Assembly (NCBI GenBank): GCA_050734515.1
Contig: JBOHUM010000010.1
Location: forward strand, 675 to 64,674
Length of the DNA stretch: 64,000 nucleotides
DNA from: Candidatus Dormibacteria bacterium
GTDB taxonomy: Bacteria > Chloroflexota > Dormibacteria > Aeolococcales > Bog-877
Reading direction: 5' to 3'
This document shows, piece by piece, positions 20,348-29,251 of the stretch. The translations under genes and the position numbers were made by a program. A model generated the notes under the pieces. The model was not told where the DNA came from. It did no database searches and worked only from the letters and a program-made list of their open reading frames with translations. Every line of letters starts with the position of its first letter. Position 1 is the first letter of the stretch.

Positions 20348-21478
20348 GTGAGGCGTCCAGGTCGCTCAGCCCCCAGCCCAGACGTGCTCCGCGAACGACC
20401 CCTGCCCGCCTCCCCGGACTTCCAGATCGGGCCCAACGACTCCCTGCTGGCCCTACTCCAGGACGCTGGCAGCCCGGTGGCGACCGCCCGTCTCGAGGTC
20501 GACTCCCCGGCGCTGCGGGAGATGCGCGCCGCAGGGGTGGTGATGCTGGTGCCGCTGGTGTCGTCGGGGGAGCTGGTGGGGGTCCTCACCCTGGGGCCCC
20601 GGCTCTCCGAGGTGGGCTACTCCACCGATGACCGCAATCTCCTCGAACAGCTGGCCAGCCACGCCGCTCCCGCCCTCAAGGTCAGCCAGCTGGTGGAGGC
20701 CCAGGCGGCCGAGGCCCGGCAGCGGGAGCGGATCGACAACGAGCTCAAGGTGGCCCAGCTGATCCAGCAGCAGTTCCTGCCCAAGGCGCTGCCCGACCTC
20801 CCCGGGTGGTACGTGGCCGCCTTCTACCGCCCGGCGCGAACGGTGGGCGGCGACTTCTACGACTTCATCCCGCTTCCCGACGGGCGGGTGATGCTGGTGG
20901 TCGGGGACGTCACCGACAAGGGGGTCCCGGCCGCCCTGGTGATGGCCAGCACCCATGCCCTGCTCCGCTCCGCCGGTCGGCGGCTGGCCTCCCCGGGGGC
21001 GGTGCTGGCCCAGGTCAACGACCTGCTCTGCTCCGACATCCCCGCCCACATGTTCGTCACCTGCCTGGCCCTAGTCCTCGAGCCCGACACCGGGCAGATC
21101 GAGTTCGCCAACGCCGGCCACGACCTGCCCTATGTCCACACTCGGGACGGCGTCGTGGAACTGCGCGCCACCGGGATGCCCCTGGGGCTGATGCCGGGGA
21201 TGCAGTACGAGCAGAAGCAGCGCCACCTCGACCCCGGCGACTGCATCCTGCTCCACAGCGACGGCCTGGCCGAAGCCCACAACCCGCAACGGGAGATGTT
21301 CGGCTTCCCCCGGGTTGCCGAGCTGGTGGGCCGGGGGAAGGTGGGCGAGGACCTGATCGACCTCTGCCTCACCGAGCTGGATCGTTTCACCGGCTCCCAC
21401 CACGAGCAGGAGGACGACATCACCCTGGTGGCGGTCCAGCATTCGCCGGCGGCAATCCACCGCGGAGCGCACCCGTGA
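20348..21478 (+). CDS. PP2C (SpoIIE/RsbU-type) serine phosphatase with short GAF-like N-terminal region; start uncertain
   Basis: PP2C motifs seen: GGDFYDF, VGDVTDKGVPAAL, HSDGLAEA, DDITLVAV. Candidate starts are GTG 20348, GTG 20384 and ATG 20174/20189. The two ATGs would collide with the divergent regulator start. Confidence 0.8.
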   Translation: MRRPGRSAPSPDVLRERPLPASPDFQIGPNDSLLALLQDAGSPVATARLEVDSPALREMRAAGVVMLVPLVSSGELVGVLTLGPRLSEVGYSTDDRNLLEQLASHAAPALKVSQLVEAQAAEARQRERIDNELKVAQLIQQQFLPKALPDLPGWYVAAFYRPARTVGGDFYDFIPLPDGRVMLVVGDVTDKGVPAALVMASTHALLRSAGRRLASPGAVLAQVNDLLCSDIPAHMFVTCLALVLEPDTGQIEFANAGHDLPYVHTRDGVVELRATGMPLGLMPGMQYEQKQRHLDPGDCILLHSDGLAEAHNPQREMFGFPRVAELVGRGKVGEDLIDLCLTELDRFTGSHHEQEDDITLVAVQHSPAAIHRGAHP

Positions 21479-21942
21479 GCGCCGCCCAGCCGGTGCCCCG
21501 CCGGCTGCTGGCCTCCTTCACCATCGCCAGCCAGGAGGGCGGGGAGCGCCTGGCCCTGCGACGGGTGGCCAAGGCCCTGCCCCAGCGGCTGCTCAGCGGC
21601 GAGCGCCAGCAGCGGCTCCAGACGGCAGTAGCGGAGGCGACCATGAACGCCATCGAGCACGGCAACCAGGGGGTGGCCCGGGTGCCGGTCCACATCGAGG
21701 TCTTCGAGTCGCCGGGCGAGGTGGTGGTCTCGATCAGCGACCAGGGCGGGGCCGCCGCCCAGGCCAGCCCCGAGGAGCCCGATCTGGAGCTGAAGCTGGC
21801 GGGCCAGCAGACCCCCCGGGGCTGGGGGCTGTTCCTGATCCGGCACATGGTCGACGCCATGGACATCACCACCGAGGGCCACCGGCACACGGTCTGGCTG
21901 ACCATGCGCACTGGCGCCGAGGAGGTCAAGGAGAACTCATGA
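21475..21942 (+). CDS. RsbW/SpoIIAB-like anti-sigma serine kinase (HATPase_c)
   Basis: The GTG at 21475 overlaps the PP2C stop (GTGA). It has an N box (AVAEATMNAIEHGN), a G1 box (ISDQGGA) and a G2 box (PRGWGLFLI). Confidence 0.75.
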   Translation: MSAAQPVPRRLLASFTIASQEGGERLALRRVAKALPQRLLSGERQQRLQTAVAEATMNAIEHGNQGVARVPVHIEVFESPGEVVVSISDQGGAAAQASPEEPDLELKLAGQQTPRGWGLFLIRHMVDAMDITTEGHRHTVWLTMRTGAEEVKENS

Positions 21943-22322
21943 ACCAGAACTTCTCGGTCCGAATCGCCGCCCTGGACGAGGCGGTGGTCCTGGAGCTCGC
22001 CGGCGATGTCGACGGGTCGAGCCAGGAGCTGGGCCGAGCCTACGACCAGGCCACCGCCGAGGGCGGCGGCGCCGAGGTGATCCTCGACTTCACCAAGGTC
22101 GACTACATCAACTCCAGCGGCATCGCCCTGATCGTCAGCGTGCTGGCCAAGGCACGGGCGGCGGGGCGCCGGGTGGTGGCGGTGGGCCTGTCCCCCCACT
22201 ACCGGCAGATCTTCGAAATCACCCGCCTGTCGGACTTCATCGAACTGCGCGCGGAGCTGGGCGGCAAGTCCCACCCACCGGCGCAGGTATCGGGCCGCAA
22301 CCATGCGGCCGCGGAGGGGTAA
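21939..22322 (+). CDS. STAS-domain anti-sigma-factor antagonist (copy 1)
   Basis: 127-aa ORF with an ATGA overlap with the kinase. The STAS core (DFTKVDYINSSGIALIV) has a Ser at the phosphorylatable position, and the helix RQIFEITRL is present. Confidence 0.85.
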   Translation: MNQNFSVRIAALDEAVVLELAGDVDGSSQELGRAYDQATAEGGGAEVILDFTKVDYINSSGIALIVSVLAKARAAGRRVVAVGLSPHYRQIFEITRLSDFIELRAELGGKSHPPAQVSGRNHAAAEG

Positions 22323-22324
22323 CC

Positions 22325-22684
22325 ATGACCAACCCGACTGTGAGCATGGAAGCGCGGCGCCTGGGCGACGGCACCGCGGTGGTGGACATCAGCGGTGAGG
22401 TGACCGCCACCTGTGAGCCAGACCTGATGGCCGCCTATGAGGCCGCCGGCGGCGCCGGCGCGCAGAGGTTGATCCTCAACTTCAGCGGCCTGGAATACAT
22501 GAACAGCGGCGGCATCGGCATGCTGGTCACCCTGCTGGTCCGGGCCAACCGCCAGCGCCAGCAGCTGGCCGCCTACGGGCTCAGCGAGCACTACCGCCAG
22601 ATCTTCGAGCTCACCCGCCTGGACGAGGCCATCGCCATCTTCGAGGACGAGCCCGCGGCGCTGGCGGCCGGGCGCCGGTCATGA
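22325..22684 (+). CDS. STAS-domain anti-sigma-factor antagonist (copy 2)
   Basis: 119-aa ORF that starts 2 nt after copy 1. It has the motifs NFSGLEYMNSGGIGMLV and YRQIFELTRL. Confidence 0.85.
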   Translation: MTNPTVSMEARRLGDGTAVVDISGEVTATCEPDLMAAYEAAGGAGAQRLILNFSGLEYMNSGGIGMLVTLLVRANRQRQQLAAYGLSEHYRQIFELTRLDEAIAIFEDEPAALAAGRRS

Positions 22685-23448
22685 GCCAGGCCGCCCCCGA
22701 TCCCGGCTCGGAGCCGGAGGCACCCGCCCCAGGCGGGGCACTCCCCCGCAATGCCGCCGCTTGGGCCAAGAAGGTGGACCGGCTCGAGGTGGAGCAGCGC
22801 CAGGGGGTTCGCGGCACCAACGTCGCCGGGCGCCGGCTCACCGGCCCCGTCCAGGGCTTCGGCAAGATGTGGCAGAAGACCTACAGCGCGGACATCGGCG
22901 CCGCCGCCACCCCCAAGCAGGCGATCGCCACCTGGAAGGCCCACTTCCCGGAATTCTGGCCGCAGGGCAACCGCTTCGCCGGCGCCCTGACCGGGATCCA
23001 ACCCGGGGACGTGGCCCTGCTCGACCTGGCCATGGGTGGCGGGGTCAAGCTCTCAACCGGCGTCTTCGTCCTCTACGCCGACGAGGAATCCTTCACCCTG
23101 ATGACCCCCCAGGGGCACATGTTCGCCGGCTGGATCTCCTTCTCGGCCGAAGCCAGCGAGGGCCGCACCACGCTCCAGGCCCAGGTGCTGATGCGGGCCA
23201 ACGACCCCTTCTATGAACTTGGCATGACCTTCGGCGGCCATGCCAAGGAGGACCGCTTCTGGAGCGCGACCCTGGGAGCGGTGGCGGATCGGCTTGGCGC
23301 CCCCGGGGCGGCGGTGCAGGTCCGTACTGTGTGCGTGGATGGTCGCCGGCAGTGGCAGCGGATCGGCAACACCTGGCACAACGCCATGGTGAGGAGCCTC
23401 ATTCAGACGGTGGGCGCGCCCTTCTCGGGGCGCCGGCGGCCCCGCTGA
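22681..23448 (+). CDS. Uncharacterised protein, DUF1990-like (tentative)
   Basis: 255-aa ORF with an ATGA overlap with STAS copy 2. The segment VFVLYADEESFTLMTPQGHMFAGWISFSA...LMRANDPFYELG follows the pattern I recall for DUF1990 (VVYVVDE..GFAYGTLPGHPESGEERF...AFSRP). This is a low-confidence family call. Confidence 0.5.
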   Translation: MSQAAPDPGSEPEAPAPGGALPRNAAAWAKKVDRLEVEQRQGVRGTNVAGRRLTGPVQGFGKMWQKTYSADIGAAATPKQAIATWKAHFPEFWPQGNRFAGALTGIQPGDVALLDLAMGGGVKLSTGVFVLYADEESFTLMTPQGHMFAGWISFSAEASEGRTTLQAQVLMRANDPFYELGMTFGGHAKEDRFWSATLGAVADRLGAPGAAVQVRTVCVDGRRQWQRIGNTWHNAMVRSLIQTVGAPFSGRRRPR

Positions 23449-23455
23449 GGGCAAG

Positions 23456-24943
23456 ATGGCCGATGGCCGCTATGACGCCTGCGTGGTCGGCAGCGGTCCC
23501 AACGGGCTGGCAGGGGCCCTCACCCTGGCCCGGGCGGGGCTGCGGGTCCTGGTGGTGGAGGGGGCAGAGCGTCCTGGAGGTGGCTGCCGCACCGAGTCCC
23601 TGACCCTGCCCGGGTTCAGGCACGACACCTGCTCCACCGCCCACCCCCTGGCAGCCGCCTCGCGGTTCTTCAGAGACTTCGGCCTTGCCGATCACGGGGT
23701 GGAGCTGCTCCATCCCCAGGTGGTCTACGGCCACGCCCTGGACGGCGGCCGGGCGGCGGTGGTGCGGCGCTCGGTCGAGGAGACGGCCCAGGGTCTGGGT
23801 GCCGATGCCGAAGCCTACCGGCGGCTGTTCGGCCCCCTGTCCCGCCAGGGGCGGCAGCTGGCGGACTGGCTGCTCTCCTCGCAGCGCCGCCCGCCCGCCC
23901 ACCCCCTGGCCCTGGCCCGCTTCGGCCTCTTGGGACTGCGCCCCGCCAGCGCCCTGGTGGCCCGCTATCGCAGCGAAGCTGCGCGGGCCCTCTTCGCTGG
24001 GGTGGCCGCCCACGCCATGCGCCCTTTGGAGCGGCCCCCCAGCGGGGCGGTGGGGCTCTTCCTGGCGACGCTGGCCCACACGGTGGGATGGCCAGTGGTG
24101 GCGGGAGGCAGTCAGCAGCTCACCGACGCCATGGTGGCGGCCCTGGAGCAGGCGGGAGGAACGCTCGAGACCGGGCGCTGGCTGGGCTCCCTGGGCGAGC
24201 TGCCGGCGACGCCAGCGACCCTCCTCGACGTGACCCCCAGGCAGCTGCTCCAGCTGGCGCCGGGGCGGCTCCCGGACGGCTACCGCCGGGCGATGGAGCG
24301 CTTCCGCTATGGGTCCGGGGTCTTCAAGGCCGACTACGCCCTGTCGGCCCCGGTGCCCTGGCGCAGCCCCGAACTGCAGCTGGCGGGGACGGTGCACCTG
24401 GGGGGAACCTTCGCTGAGGTGGCCGCCTCAGAGCGGGCCGTGGCCCGGGGCGAGCACCCGCCCTCCCCCTACGTGCTCACCGTCCAGGCCTCACTGGTCG
24501 ACCCCAGCCGGGCGCCGCAGGGTCAGCACACCCTCTGGGCTTACTGCCACGTGCCGGCCGGCTCGGACGTCGACATGGGCCCGGCCCTGGAGGCCCAGCT
24601 GGAGCGCTTCGCGCCCGGCTTCCGGGACCTGGTCCTGGGACGCTCGGGACGGACGGCCCGGGAGCAGGAGCAGCACGACCCCAACTACGTCGGCGGCGAC
24701 ATCGCCTCTGGCCGCCAGGACCTGCGCCAGACCCTGCTCCGGCCCGGGCTGCGCTGGAACCCCTACCGGACCCCGATCCCCGGCGTCTACCTCTGCTCGG
24801 CCTCGACCACCCCGGGGCCCGGGGTCCACGGTCGCTGCGGGGAACTGGCGGCCCGCTCCGCCCTGGCCGACGTCTTCCACCTCGGCGCCACCGGCGAGTA
24901 CCGCCGCTCCCGGCGCGGCGCCCCCCGCGAGATCGAAGTCTAG
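23456..24943 (+). CDS. CrtI/phytoene-desaturase-family NAD(P)/FAD-dependent oxidoreductase
   Basis: 495-aa ORF with an N-terminal dinucleotide fold (YDACVVGSGPNGLAGALTLARAGLRVLVVEGAERPGGGCRT) and a C-terminal GVYLCSASTTPGPGVHG motif. Confidence 0.8.
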   Translation: MADGRYDACVVGSGPNGLAGALTLARAGLRVLVVEGAERPGGGCRTESLTLPGFRHDTCSTAHPLAAASRFFRDFGLADHGVELLHPQVVYGHALDGGRAAVVRRSVEETAQGLGADAEAYRRLFGPLSRQGRQLADWLLSSQRRPPAHPLALARFGLLGLRPASALVARYRSEAARALFAGVAAHAMRPLERPPSGAVGLFLATLAHTVGWPVVAGGSQQLTDAMVAALEQAGGTLETGRWLGSLGELPATPATLLDVTPRQLLQLAPGRLPDGYRRAMERFRYGSGVFKADYALSAPVPWRSPELQLAGTVHLGGTFAEVAASERAVARGEHPPSPYVLTVQASLVDPSRAPQGQHTLWAYCHVPAGSDVDMGPALEAQLERFAPGFRDLVLGRSGRTAREQEQHDPNYVGGDIASGRQDLRQTLLRPGLRWNPYRTPIPGVYLCSASTTPGPGVHGRCGELAARSALADVFHLGATGEYRRSRRGAPREIEV

Positions 24944-24960
24944 ATCGGGGATCGCTGGCG

Positions 24961-26163
24961 TTAGAAGGGACGCACCCAGAGGCCGGCGTGGGCCGGCTCC
25001 ACGGTGAGCTGGACCGCCCCCAGGAGGTCGCGGCTGATGGTCTCGACCGCCACCTCGTCACCCACCCGGGAGGCGAAGGCGCGCACCACCGCCTGGGCGT
25101 CGTAGCGGGAGCGGTTGAAGCGGCGGTCGACCAGATCGCGCATCCAGCGGCGCACCGGGGCCAGCAGCGCCACCGCCACCAGCACCGCCAGGGCCACGCT
25201 GATGCTCCCCCGCAAGGGCAGGACGTCGCTGAAGAGAAGCACCGACCCCACGTAGACCCCAGCCAGCAGGCCCAGCACCAGGAGGTAGGCGACCGCCCGG
25301 GAGAGCACCCGGTCGACGTCGTAGAGGTGGTAGCGGACGATGGCCAGGCCCACGCTGAGGAAGACGGTGTTGGGAGCCACCACCAGCGCCAGCGGAGACC
25401 ACCAGCTCGAGGTTGCCAGGGTGATGACCATTGCCGGGGCCAAGGTCAGGCTGGCGTAAGCCAGCCACTTGATCTGTTGCCGCTGCACGCCCTGCGCGCG
25501 GTGCATCCGCAGCACCAGGTTGACAGCGACCATGAGCAGGAAGCCGACCAGGGCGGCGGTGGCCACGTTGACGATGGTGGGGACCATCGAGGAGAGGGGC
25601 CAGGCGTGGGGCAGGGCCAGCGGGTTGACCAAGTTGGCGGCGTCGCTGGAGATGGTTGGCTCCGTCACGGTGCCGACGATGGAGACGACGAGGAGCAGGC
25701 CGCCTAGGCCAGCGATCCAGCGGTGCCGCCGGACCACGTCCAGTCGACCCGAGGGGAACACCAGCACCAGCAGCCCCACCAGGGCGATGGCCACGATGAG
25801 CAGGACCATGCCCGAGTCGGCGACCAGGGCCTGAGGCACGGTGGGCTGGCGGCTGGGGTTGTAAACGAAGCCGAGCTGGCTGAGGATGCCGCTGGCGGCG
25901 ATCCCCAGTAGCAGCCACCCCACCGGGTGCCGCGGGCGCAAGGCCGCGGTCATGGCTCCCACAGGCGCCGCCCCCAGCCACGCCAGCTCCCAGACCGCCA
26001 GCCCGGCGCCGTAGGTCGTCCAGATCAGATACGTGGCGAAGACCGCGGCCGCCACCTCGGTAGCGCCCAGGACCAGGGCCAGCACCGACAGCCCGCGACG
26101 GGGGTCAACGGCGGCTTCGAGCGGGGGGCCGAGCCCTCGCGCCGGCGGGGCGATCGATGGCAT
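24961..26163 (-). CDS. Polytopic membrane protein of unknown function (sensor-like, no output domain)
   Basis: 400-aa ORF with about 9-10 hydrophobic helices and a roughly 60-aa soluble C-terminal tail (RRFNRSRYDAQAVVRAFASRVGDEV). This resembles the membrane sensor part of some histidine kinases, but no kinase domain follows. Confidence 0.6.
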   Translation of the reverse strand: MPSIAPPARGLGPPLEAAVDPRRGLSVLALVLGATEVAAAVFATYLIWTTYGAGLAVWELAWLGAAPVGAMTAALRPRHPVGWLLLGIAASGILSQLGFVYNPSRQPTVPQALVADSGMVLLIVAIALVGLLVLVFPSGRLDVVRRHRWIAGLGGLLLVVSIVGTVTEPTISSDAANLVNPLALPHAWPLSSMVPTIVNVATAALVGFLLMVAVNLVLRMHRAQGVQRQQIKWLAYASLTLAPAMVITLATSSWWSPLALVVAPNTVFLSVGLAIVRYHLYDVDRVLSRAVAYLLVLGLLAGVYVGSVLLFSDVLPLRGSISVALAVLVAVALLAPVRRWMRDLVDRRFNRSRYDAQAVVRAFASRVGDEVAVETISRDLLGAVQLTVEPAHAGLWVRPF

Positions 26164-26264
26164 GCGAGCCGCATCCTAGCCGGGGATGCGTCCGGGAAAC
26201 GTTACGGCTCACCTGGCGGTGCGCGAACCGGCCGGGGTTGCTGGGTTTGACGGGCTGGCCCCGA

Positions 26265-26568
26265 TCAGGGCCCCTGCGCGAGACGGGTGCGCGTGCCCGG
26301 GTCGATCACCGACAGCAGCAGCGGCTCCAGCCTGGAGATAACTGGGTGGCGGCGAACTGCTTTGAGCTGGCCGGTGGGGAAGGCCGCCACCAGCGGTCCG
26401 GAGAGTGCCAGCGCCAGCACGAAGCGGACGATGCCGACGTCCGCTACCAGCGCCTGGGGCACGGTACGAGCGCCTGCCGGGTCTGGACGATTTCGCCAGC
26501 CGGCGGCACCAGGTCCGACGGTGACTGCCAGCGCAGGTCCTCCCAGTTCAATTCGAAGCTGGAAACGC
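26265..26568 (-). pseudogene. Decayed paralog fragment of the neighbouring 400-aa membrane protein
   Basis: My translation (..RTVPQALVADVGIVRFVLALALSGPLVAAFPTGQLKAVRRHPVI..) aligns with VPQALVADSGMVLLIVAIALVGLLVLVFPSGRLDVVRRHRWI in the 24961-26163 product. By eye about half the positions are identical over roughly 60 aa, with weaker similarity upstream. The frame is closed by TAG upstream and TGA downstream, and the fragment lacks both the N- and C-terminal parts. Confidence 0.5.
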
Positions 26569-26572
26569 TAGG

Positions 26573-27133
26573 ATGCCTGCAACTCTCATGCCCAGGACCA
26601 GGCAAAACTCACCGGAGCTGGACTCACGGCTCGACGCCACCGACGTCGAGCTGCTCCGCCACCTCCAGTCCGAGCCCCGGATCTCGATTGCCGAGTTGGG
26701 CCGGCGGGTGGGGATGTCGCCACCCCCGGTTCGGGAGCGGGTGGAGCGGCTGGAACTCCTGGGGGTGATAGTCGGCTACGAGGCGGTGATCGACCCCGCC
26801 GCTCTGGGGCTGCCGCTGGCGGCGTTCGTACAGGTCCGGCCGGCACCGGGTCAGTTGAACCAGGTCGCGACCTTGGCCCGCAGCTTGCCCGAGGTGGTCG
26901 AGGCCCACCGGATCACCGGTGAGGACTGCTTCCTGCTCAGGGTCCAGGTGGCCTCGATGGCGGCCCTGGAGGGGCTTTTGGACCAACTCCTGGCCCATGG
27001 GCAGACGAGCACCTCGCTGCTGCAGTCGTCGCCGGTGCCCCGCCGGGGATTGCCCCTGCCCGAGGCGGCCAGCCTGACCAAATCCCGCCGGCGCCGGGCC
27101 CGGGGCTCGGCCAAGGTCCACCTCCGCAGCTAG
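26573..27133 (+). CDS. Lrp/AsnC-family transcriptional regulator
   Basis: 186-aa ORF with an HTH region (LDATDVELLRHLQSEPRISIAELGRRVGMSPPPVRERVERLELLGVI) and a RAM/ligand domain (VVEAHRITGEDCFLLRV). Confidence 0.85.
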   Translation: MPATLMPRTRQNSPELDSRLDATDVELLRHLQSEPRISIAELGRRVGMSPPPVRERVERLELLGVIVGYEAVIDPAALGLPLAAFVQVRPAPGQLNQVATLARSLPEVVEAHRITGEDCFLLRVQVASMAALEGLLDQLLAHGQTSTSLLQSSPVPRRGLPLPEAASLTKSRRRRARGSAKVHLRS

Positions 27134-27829
27134 GAGGGGCGACCCGCACCCAGGGCGCTCGCTTGAGTGGAGATCAAGCGCACGGACCGGGCACGGCAGG
27201 CATGCTGAGGGGGCCGCGGGTCGGCTGAATGCGTCCCGGCTCGTCCCGGGCGAGGGCCGACTGGGATGTGGCCGGTGGCCCAGGTTGGCGAAGCCTTCGC
27301 CCGGCGGCCAGCTCCCCACCGCCGCCTGGCAATGGTGTGGGCGTGTACCCGTTATGAGGTGCAGCTCCACGCGCAGCAGGCCGCCAATGCGACATAGGCC
27401 GTCGTGCCCCTCGCCTCGGTCGCGTGGGCGACTCGTTCGGTTGCCCCGCAACCCGCACCTCCGCGCCAGGGCGCAGGCTCGCAGCGGGCCTCACCATCGG
27501 CGCTGCCTCAGCGGTACATTGCGGAGTCGTCCTCACCCTCGGCCCCTACGGATGCCCGACCGCGGCGCTGGCGCCGCGATCCAGGAGGCCGTTCTGTCGA
27601 CAGTTCTGCTCGGAGGGCCCCTATGGTCCGCACTTCGCCAACCCTTCCCGCGCAAGGCGGCCCTTACCGCGACCTCGATCGGCATGATGGGGGTCGCCCA
27701 AGGCCTCACCGCCGCCCTCGGGGGCCGCGGTCGATCGAGGGACGCCCTTTGTCACCTCTCCCTGCTGGCCATCCTGGTTCTGGCGCCAGCCCTGCAGCTC
27801 CCAACCCCCAGGACGGCCATGCGCCGGTG

Positions 27830-28429
27830 ATGGGCGGGTGCGGAGCCGGCCGCGCGGCCGACCCCGGGCGGCTCATCGAGAACCCGGTTAGTGGCGAGCG
27901 AATCACGATCCTGGAGACGGCGGCCGAGACCGGTGGCGACCACCTCACCTTCGAGGTCCGGCTCCGCCCCCAAGGTCGGGTGCCGTCCGGCCACATCCAC
28001 CCTCACCAGACCGAGACCTTCTCCGTGCTCGAGGGACGGATGCGCTTCCGGCGCGGGCTTCGAGTCGTCTCCGTCGGCCCGGGCGGGTCGGTGACAGTGC
28101 CCCCGGGCACGTTCCACAGCTTTCTCAACCCCGGCCCGGAGGCCGCCCGGATGGTGGTGCGGTCCTACCCCGCGCTCCGGATGGAGGAGGTGCTACGGGC
28201 AGGCGCCGAGCTGGGCAGGGTCCGGGCCACCGGGCTGGGCCGGCTCAGCTGGTTGCTGGAGGTGCTCGCGTTCTTACGTGAGTACCGCGCCGAGGTTGCG
28301 GCGCCACTCCTCCCCTCCTGGGCCGTGGCTCTGGCCGGAGCGCTGGCCAACGCCACTCCCCGCAACACCCCGGAGAGGCCGCGGGAGTCACCGACCGGCC
28401 ACGTCGCCGCGCCTGAGAAAGGCGGCTAG
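27830..28429 (+). CDS. Cupin-domain protein
   Basis: ATG at 27830. Cupin motif 1 is GHIHPHQTETFSVLEG and motif 2 is PPGTFHSFLN. An in-frame TTA codon lies at 28274-28276. Confidence 0.7.
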   Translation: MGGCGAGRAADPGRLIENPVSGERITILETAAETGGDHLTFEVRLRPQGRVPSGHIHPHQTETFSVLEGRMRFRRGLRVVSVGPGGSVTVPPGTFHSFLNPGPEAARMVVRSYPALRMEEVLRAGAELGRVRATGLGRLSWLLEVLAFLREYRAEVAAPLLPSWAVALAGALANATPRNTPERPRESPTGHVAAPEKGG

Positions 28430-29251
28430 TTGGGGCGCTGCCGGGGCCGGGCCGGCCGTCGCCGCGCTGCGAAGGCCGCCTGCCTGGCCCTGGGCGCCAC
28501 CGTGATCACCGGTTGGCTCGAGGAATGGGGCCTGCCGAGCCAGGATCTGACCCGCTTCCGAAGGGTGCTGGCGATCTTCCCTCACCCGGACGACGAAACA
28601 GTGGCCTGCGGGGGAACCCTGCGCCGCCTGGCGGGAGTTGGTGTCGCGGTGACCCTGGTGGCCCTCACCCGCGGAGAGGCGGCAACCGTCCCTGGCCTCC
28701 ACAGCGACGCCGTGGGTCGGGTTCGCGCTGCCGAGCTGGAGCGGGCGGCGGCCCAGCTTGGGGTCGCCCGGGTCCTCCAGCTGCAGCTGCCGGACGGTCG
28801 GCTCGGCTCCTGCCGTGCCGAGCTGCGCCAACTCCTCGAGGAGATCCTGGGACAGTCGAGCCCCGACCTGGTGATCACCTACGACCCCTCCGGCCTCTAT
28901 GGTCATCCCGACCACGTCGCCTGCTCCCAGGTCGTGACCGAGGTCTGCGGGGAGCTGGTGCCGGGGTGCCGCCTCTGGTACGTCGCCTTGCCGCGAGGTC
29001 TGCGCTGGGCCCTGGTCGGGTTGAGGTCGCTGCCGGTGAGTCCGGGGGTGGCGGGGGCAACCACCTTGCCCACGCTCAAGGTGTGGATCGGGATGCGCCC
29101 GCTCTGGTCCAAGTCACTCGCCTGGCGGGCCCACCGAAGTCAACGAGGTGCCATCGGCAGCGGCGTGGCGCGGCTGATCCCGGGGTGGGCGGCGCTGCCG
29201 CTGCTGCCCGTGGAGCACTTCCACGAGGTGATCGCGGTGGCTCGCCCGTGA
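28430..29251 (+). CDS. PIG-L/LmbE-family N-acetylglucosaminyl deacetylase-like protein
   Basis: 273-aa ORF with an N-terminal hydrophobic segment, the metal-site motifs AIFPHPDDE and YGHPDHVA, and the LPDG motif. Confidence 0.8.
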   Translation: MGRCRGRAGRRRAAKAACLALGATVITGWLEEWGLPSQDLTRFRRVLAIFPHPDDETVACGGTLRRLAGVGVAVTLVALTRGEAATVPGLHSDAVGRVRAAELERAAAQLGVARVLQLQLPDGRLGSCRAELRQLLEEILGQSSPDLVITYDPSGLYGHPDHVACSQVVTEVCGELVPGCRLWYVALPRGLRWALVGLRSLPVSPGVAGATTLPTLKVWIGMRPLWSKSLAWRAHRSQRGAIGSGVARLIPGWAALPLLPVEHFHEVIAVARP

